Part shown: in pieces, positions 59,154 through 64,000 of the stretch
How positions within the stretch are numbered: the first letter of the stretch is position 1
Layout: each line of letters starts with the position of its first letter
Virus record (IMG/VR): IMGVR_UViG_3300025138_000015
DNA from: a virus
Direction: 5' to 3' (one strand)
Length of the DNA stretch: 64,000 nucleotides
The notes under the pieces: generated by a model
Database searches by the model: none
Seen by the model: only the letters and a program-made list of their open reading frames with translations
Told to the model about the DNA's origin: nothing
Position numbers and translations under genes: made by a program

Positions 59154-59360
59154 TTAACACCCACTGGTTGTGTGTGCATATGCATCGGGACAATCTTTGA
59201 CTCCACACATACATTCGTCTTCGAACATATCACCTTGATTTGGGTTCATGTCTTGTGCGTTAGTTGTTCCGTAAGTTGCAAGATTATAAACATCATCTGC
59301 TGATAACTTACCCTCTGTACATTGTGCAATTAGTTTTGCACTTTCGTAATTAAGCGACAT
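59154..59360 (-). CDS. Small hypothetical protein with C-x-C-x4-C-x4-H motif
   Basis: CMCGVKDCPDAYAH; GGAG RBS before ATG 59360. Confidence 0.55.
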   Translation of the reverse strand: MSLNYESAKLIAQCTEGKLSADDVYNLATYGTTNAQDMNPNQGDMFEDECMCGVKDCPDAYAHTTSGC

Positions 59361-59739
59361 ATCTTTCTCCGTTATGGTTCTCACCGTTTCTATTAAAGTT
59401 ATCAAGTATCATGTCAACAACATCTGTTGCCCATATTGATTTACCACCAACATGCCATTGATACTCTTCAGTAGGAATTCTACCGTCTTTCCAATTATAA
59501 ATTGTGACTGTCTCATAGTTCCAGTCGTCATAGTCAATCTCATCAACATTATTTGCATCGTACCATTTGGTATCTAAGTACCACTCACAATTGACTTTGT
59601 CATATGGGTCTGCACTTGTGAATGTTGGTGGACCTAAAACTTGACACAACCTGTCATAGGTTGTTGTCTTATATCCTTGCAATGAAGTCCCACCTGATGT
59701 CATATCAGGAGAACACACTTCGTAATCTTTTATTATCAT
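59350..59739 (-). CDS. Hypothetical early protein
   Basis: GTSLQGY...LGPP...KV..EW...TIYNWK...WHVGG; downstream of the repeated promoter. Confidence 0.7.
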   Translation of the reverse strand: MIIKDYEVCSPDMTSGGTSLQGYKTTTYDRLCQVLGPPTFTSADPYDKVNCEWYLDTKWYDANNVDEIDYDDWNYETVTIYNWKDGRIPTEEYQWHVGGKSIWATDVVDMILDNFNRNGENHNGERYVA

Positions 59740-59744
59740 ATTAA

Positions 59745-59797
59745 GTCTCCTTTTTCACTATAGGTATATGGTATCAAAAAGTGATACGCATTGTCAA
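59745..59797 (-). repeat. 53-bp promoter+RBS repeat, copy 1
   Basis: TTGACA-N18-TACCAT with internal GTATCA/TGATAC hairpin and AAGGAG; one mismatch to copy 2. Confidence 0.85.
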
Positions 59798-59800
59798 GCC

Positions 59801-59995
59801 CTATCTTGGATAAATTGTAAATGTTGTTGCATACTCTTTGATGCAATGATGAGGTGTTCTATTGTAAACACCTGGTATTGATTTGCCTCTGTACCTAATC
59901 CTCGAAGGATTATTCTTTAGAAAGTCTAAAACGAATTTGTGGTTCCTTACATTCATAGGAAGATTGGCATATTTAATATCGTATAAATTATCCAT
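59801..59995 (-). CDS. Small hypothetical protein
   Basis: MDNLYDIKY...RIRYRG; GGAGG RBS. Confidence 0.55.
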   Translation of the reverse strand: MDNLYDIKYANLPMNVRNHKFVLDFLKNNPSRIRYRGKSIPGVYNRTPHHCIKEYATTFTIYPR

Positions 59996-60372
59996 TAAAC
60001 AAACCCTCCGTCTCTCTTTGTTCCTGCAATTGCACCTGAACAATAACCAGGTCCGTACATGAATCTATCACCTAATTTAAGAACAGGATAACCATCTACG
60101 AGATTACCTCTTGCTTTGTTTAGAGCAGGAGTTCCCCACCCAGCAGCGAGAAGAACATCTCCTTCTTTGAAATTTGGATTTGATTTGTTGATGAAGCCCC
60201 ATACAGAACCACCACCACCATTTGAATCATCATAAGATACTATTTTAATATACTTACGACCTGCTTTAGCAACATAATAAGCACCATCTTCGGCACAATG
60301 AGGCCACCTTTCACATTTAAGTTCAGTCAATTCTGCACAAAGTTGGTCTACATATTCGTTTAAGTCTTTCAT
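59995..60372 (-). CDS. Hypothetical early protein
   Basis: GRKYIKIV...SVWGFI...GDVL.AA.W..PA...RGN. Confidence 0.7.
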   Translation of the reverse strand: MKDLNEYVDQLCAELTELKCERWPHCAEDGAYYVAKAGRKYIKIVSYDDSNGGGGSVWGFINKSNPNFKEGDVLLAAGWGTPALNKARGNLVDGYPVLKLGDRFMYGPGYCSGAIAGTKRDGGFV

Positions 60373-60376
60373 AATT

Positions 60377-60429
60377 GTCTCCTTTTTCATTATAGGTATA
60401 TGGTATCAAAAAGTGATACGCATTGTCAA
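60377..60429 (-). repeat. 53-bp promoter+RBS repeat, copy 2
   Basis: Near-identical to 59745-59797. Confidence 0.85.
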
Positions 60430-60518
60430 CCCTATAAGAATAGAACTACATATGCACATGTGAAACATAGACCGATAAATCCAATTATCATCATTCTGTC
60501 GTCATTCATATATTTCTC

Positions 60519-60695
60519 CTAAATTTCGTATGGCAAATAGTCTTCTACTATCTCTTTGACTTTCTTTTCAGAGTACCAAAGACCACTGAACATTGATTCA
60601 GTTCCATCTTCCCATTGAACATAGTATCTCTTATAACCGAATGGTCTATCTGAAAAGATTCTAATATTTCCGTATGATTCTACTAATACTCTCAT
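60519..60695 (-). CDS. Small hypothetical protein (58 aa, not in ORF track)
   Basis: Manual translation MRVLVESYGNIRIFSDRPFGYKRYYVQW...; ATGA overlap with upstream stop. Confidence 0.55.
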   Translation of the reverse strand: MRVLVESYGNIRIFSDRPFGYKRYYVQWEDGTESMFSGLWYSEKKVKEIVEDYLPYEI

Positions 60696-60922
60696 GCAAG
60701 TAACCCCTCATTTAAATCTAAGAACTCTAAAATTATTTCTCGTTCTGACTTCTTTAAGTCTTTTATTTCTTGGAGACCCCAAGTAGTTCCGATAGTCGTG
60801 AGTCTATTGCCAGCAACAACACAAGTATTCCACTTTGCATCATCTTTAGCAAACACTTTATTCTCTTCTGCCTGTGTTATCATTTCTCGACCTAGTTTGA
60901 CTAACTTCATTGTTTCGTCCAT
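60692..60922 (-). CDS. Hypothetical early protein
   Basis: AGGAG RBS; promoter upstream. Confidence 0.6.
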   Translation of the reverse strand: MDETMKLVKLGREMITQAEENKVFAKDDAKWNTCVVAGNRLTTIGTTWGLQEIKDLKKSEREIILEFLDLNEGLLA

Positions 60923-60954
60923 GTTATACTCCTGTATTGTTATTAACAGTGTCT

Positions 60955-60984
60955 AGTATACTAAAAAGTGTAGGGTAATGTAAA
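60955..60984 (-). promoter_or_regulatory. Sigma70-like early promoter
   Basis: TTTACA-N18-TATACT with the CACTTTTT spacer shared with the 53-bp repeats. Confidence 0.6.
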
Positions 60985-60990
60985 GCGGTT

Positions 60991-61239
60991 TTATAAACTC
61001 TTTTGAATGTCGTCTAATTCTTGGAGTTTCTTATTGATAATTTCCACTCTGTTAGGCCAGTAGATGTAATCCTTATCTGAATCCTTTGCAAGATTCTCTA
61101 ACAGTGGTCTTACAAAGTTATCCAATTTGTTGATTACATCCGTTGCAGTTGTAGTCTTCTCAATTATCTTTGTATCAATGGCCGCAAGTTCGTCTGCATC
61201 CATCGCTGTAAATCCGAAATCGTTATATTCTGTACTCAT
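60991..61239 (-). CDS. Conserved hypothetical protein
   Basis: DFGFTA...PLLENLAKD.DKDYIYWPNR; ACTAAATA 5 nt upstream of ATG 61239. Confidence 0.7.
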   Translation of the reverse strand: MSTEYNDFGFTAMDADELAAIDTKIIEKTTTATDVINKLDNFVRPLLENLAKDSDKDYIYWPNRVEIINKKLQELDDIQKSL

Positions 61240-61243
61240 AGTA

Positions 61244-62170
61244 TTATTTAGTAAAGATGAACTCACTTAATTTGGATAAAGTTTCACCATATTGACCATG
61301 TGTATTCTGTCCTAAGAGATTGCAAAACTCTATTTGTTTTAACTCTATGTTATCAGAGTTAAGAATAGTATCAACTCTATTTGTCATAGAACAAAATTCA
61401 TACACTAGTGATTCAGATTTCTCTCCAATTTGTTTTTTAATTTCTTCTCTTGTGATTTTTTCTGCATCAAAATTATAATACTCTGTTCCATAGATTGAAT
61501 GAAACCAACATGCCTTTATAACATCTTCACTGAACTCATGCTCTTGAGCAATCTTTCCAGTGGTGAGTAAGTGTTCGAAAAAAGTTCCTCCACTGTGTTC
61601 TGCATTCTTTGTTTGTTGATAGAGATAATCTAAACATGGTGTGGTGTAATTTAGGTCAAAGTATTTAAACACTAACACTCTTCTGATATTACCGAATGTT
61701 TTACTTAGAGGTCTTGCGGCATGTAATAAACTAGAATTAAATATGAATACTCTTCCCTCTTTTGGTAATACTGATTTTATAATTTCATCATTCTCAAATA
61801 TAACAGTCTCACCACCCCAATTGATATCCCATTCTTCATTCAAATATATGATTGCTGTCTTTTGAGGAATATTTGAATTTTTAGAATCTACATGTGCCGC
61901 TGCATCATTACCAAAACAATAACCATTAATGTATGCTCGTTGAATACCCCAACCATCCATGTCTAATTCTTGGTGTATTTTTTCTAAAATTGGTGACCAC
62001 ATTTCAACAGACCTCATATCAAAATAAGTATCAAATCCGGCATCACATATGTTGTGATTCCAATGTAAGAATTCTTTTGTGTCGACATTCGAAGGCCAAC
62101 CATAGTGAAAGGGTAGAGATTGTTGTGACACTCCTCTGACCAAGTCATTTGAAACCTGTTTAACAATCAT
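61244..62170 (-). CDS. 2OG-Fe(II) oxygenase fused to a DUF6817-like domain
   Basis: HVD, IIYLN.EW..NWGGET, IFNSSLLHAA, R; C-term HSGGTFFEHL...FHSIYGT. Confidence 0.78.
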   Translation of the reverse strand: MIVKQVSNDLVRGVSQQSLPFHYGWPSNVDTKEFLHWNHNICDAGFDTYFDMRSVEMWSPILEKIHQELDMDGWGIQRAYINGYCFGNDAAAHVDSKNSNIPQKTAIIYLNEEWDINWGGETVIFENDEIIKSVLPKEGRVFIFNSSLLHAARPLSKTFGNIRRVLVFKYFDLNYTTPCLDYLYQQTKNAEHSGGTFFEHLLTTGKIAQEHEFSEDVIKACWFHSIYGTEYYNFDAEKITREEIKKQIGEKSESLVYEFCSMTNRVDTILNSDNIELKQIEFCNLLGQNTHGQYGETLSKLSEFIFTK

Positions 62171-62748
62171 TAACTGAATCTCTTCATATCTCTTAGAGTT
62201 TCTTTATCACTTTGTATGTTCTGATAATTAGCATGTGCCTGAAGTGTAATCTCTGGAATCTCATACTGTGGAAAAGATGTAATTAGTTTGTGAATTAGAC
62301 CTGCAACATCTTGGTGTTTAACACTCGGTAGATTATCATCATTAAGTAATCCTAAATTAAGTGTGGTCATTTTGTATCTCTTCTTAGAGTTGTACTGGTA
62401 ATTATTTGCAAGGTGATTGAGTTGTGCTTTCTCACTTGCATACACATAACCTTTTGATATGTTTGGTTGACTTGCACGACTGGAGATATTGATAATGAAT
62501 TTTGTTTTCTCACCTTCCCAGGCTTCGTGTGCAATCGATAGAATCTCTGATTGGTCTTGATGTGCAAGATTGATTAGAACATCACAAGGTTTGTATCCTC
62601 TGAACACCCAACAATCTGCCCCATTCATTGTAATATCTTCACAACGAATTGGTGATACCTCTATTGTATTACCTTGATAAGGTGTTGCTTCAAGTGTGTC
62701 TTTAATAATCTTTGCAAGACCACTAGTTCCTGTTATTGCTATTCTCAT
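62170..62748 (-). CDS. Short-chain dehydrogenase-like Rossmann protein
   Basis: IAITGTSGLA, INLAH, IINISS, YASEK (YxxxK). Confidence 0.75.
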   Translation of the reverse strand: MRIAITGTSGLAKIIKDTLEATPYQGNTIEVSPIRCEDITMNGADCWVFRGYKPCDVLINLAHQDQSEILSIAHEAWEGEKTKFIINISSRASQPNISKGYVYASEKAQLNHLANNYQYNSKKRYKMTTLNLGLLNDDNLPSVKHQDVAGLIHKLITSFPQYEIPEITLQAHANYQNIQSDKETLRDMKRFS

Positions 62749-63658
62749 AATACTCCTTAACTATATCAAATGATTGTTTACCAAATAGTGAACCATCAAC
62801 ACTACATTTATTACAAGGGGACATACTTCTATTTCCCTTTATTAATTTCTTACGAATCTTTGTCATAGGTTTACTAAACCACACATCATGTAATGTGGAA
62901 TGCATCAAGTTACCTACGACATGTTCTCTGCCCCAATCGTTAGAACAAAACAATACATCTCCGTTCCAATCAACAAACATCTTGTAGAAAGGATAGTGAC
63001 ACACTTTGCCCTTTAGATTCTCTATGGTGTCGTCTTCTATTCCAACCCAATCCATAACTCCACTTCTATTGTTTAGAATAAGTCCGTGGGTTTCGAAATC
63101 ACCCCAATGCATACGATACTTGTATTTGTTTTCTGGAATATATTTCATGACTTCATCAAAGTGTTCCATTTGTTCCACTCCGTCATAAAGATTAATGTAA
63201 AGTAAATCCAATCCACTAAACTCGAACAACTCTTCTGCATATTCTCTAGTAAGTTTATCACCGTTAGTATTACATTCTATTGTTGCATAAGGAACTGTAC
63301 TTCTAAATGTATGTACGATTTCTCTGAATCTTGGGTTGAGTAGATTCTCTCCGTAACCACTTAAAGATATCTTACCTCTGAATCCATTCTCATGTAATTC
63401 CTTTCCAATGAGTTCTGCACCCTTAGGTGTCATGTGTAAGTTTCTATTTGGAAAGACTTCAGGATTTGCACGAGGACAAAACGAACATGTTCTGTTGCAC
63501 AACTCTGTAGTGTTAACTTCGACTGTAAGAATAGAACTGAGTTCATTCAGTTGGTCTTGGTCTTGTCGACTCCAATGTCTCTTTTCTTGTTCTCTTCTAT
63601 GTTCCAAGAAATCATATTGGTCTACTGCCTGAATAGGAATGTTTCTTTTATCCGACAT
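62723..63658 (-). CDS. Radical SAM enzyme with SPASM/twitch domain
   Basis: CNRTCSFC; GYGENLL; NTNG; CHYPF...CSNDW...VGN...CNKC. Confidence 0.9.
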   Translation of the reverse strand: MSDKRNIPIQAVDQYDFLEHRREQEKRHWSRQDQDQLNELSSILTVEVNTTELCNRTCSFCPRANPEVFPNRNLHMTPKGAELIGKELHENGFRGKISLSGYGENLLNPRFREIVHTFRSTVPYATIECNTNGDKLTREYAEELFEFSGLDLLYINLYDGVEQMEHFDEVMKYIPENKYKYRMHWGDFETHGLILNNRSGVMDWVGIEDDTIENLKGKVCHYPFYKMFVDWNGDVLFCSNDWGREHVVGNLMHSTLHDVWFSKPMTKIRKKLIKGNRSMSPCNKCSVDGSLFGKQSFDIVKEYYENSNNRN

Positions 63659-64000
63659 GTACTTCTATGTACCTTTCAGTATCTAGTCCTGATTCTTTAA
63701 CAAATTGAAATTCAACAACATCTTCGTCTTCTAAATTACACCAATCTTGTGGTAGTAAAATAAATTGTGGGTCGTCTTCTTGATTGATGAGACAAGACCT
63801 AGGGTCTCCATTCTCTTTGTAGTTGTAGAGTTGAACTTCTAATGCCTCTAATGTATTACCTATTCGTGGACAAGGATAAGAGATTGCACTAATGTAAAAG
63901 TTCTCTTTCTTTTTACTGTCCAACTTTTTAAATAGATATACGGATTGTCTGAACTGTAAACCAAGAAAGATTGTTTGGTCTTCTGGCAGATTGAACCTGA
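63648..64000 (-). CDS. Hypothetical protein (5' end outside the window)
   Basis: Frame stays open from 63923 to the window edge. Confidence 0.6.
   Translation of the reverse strand, partial: RFNLPEDQTIFLGLQFRQSVYLFKKLDSKKKENFYISAISYPCPRIGNTLEALEVQLYNYKENGDPRSCLINQEDDPQFILLPQDWCNLEDEDVVEFQFVKESGLDTERYIEVHVG

Noticed and set aside
1-64000. tRNA/rRNA genes, integrase, alternative genetic code
   Set aside because: No cloverleaf or T-loop signatures noticed in the intergenic gaps by eye (tRNAscan not run); core genes are full length in the standard code.

Overview
AT-rich 64 kb segment of a large T4-like (Tevenvirinae-related, marine-type) myophage genome. From left to right, on the minus strand: portal gp20 (partial), gp19, gp18, gp17, an inserted PRMT-like methyltransferase, gp16, gp15, gp14 and gp13. 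Next is a ~19 kb accessory virion cassette: five putative tailoring enzymes or hypotheticals (two 2OG-Fe(II) oxygenases, a DUF6065-like protein, a hypothetical and a glycosyltransferase fusion), four Q/N/P/Y/R-rich tandem-repeat proteins, and a series of fibre/adaptor proteins with recurring terminal motifs. Baseplate genes follow (2239-aa structural protein, gp8, gp7, gp6, gp25, gp5, hub, gp53, gp48). A plus-strand block carries gp4, gp2, gp54, gp26/gp51 with a candidate -1 frameshift, and a tape-measure-like protein. The minus strand then carries ribosomal protein bS21, gp32, gp59, gp33, an exonuclease, a DenV-like gene, a SleB-like hydrolase, small early genes with duplicated promoters, and a radical SAM/SDR/2OG-oxygenase cluster. 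Main candidate novelty: a virion 'decorated adhesin' system in which repeat proteins at fibre tips are modified by adjacent phage enzymes, mounted on a fibre network apparently built from reusable docking motifs. Other signals are leaderless late mRNAs and several structured RNA leaders. All assignments come from motif recognition and synteny; no searches were run. No tRNA, CRISPR array, integrase or reverse transcriptase was seen.
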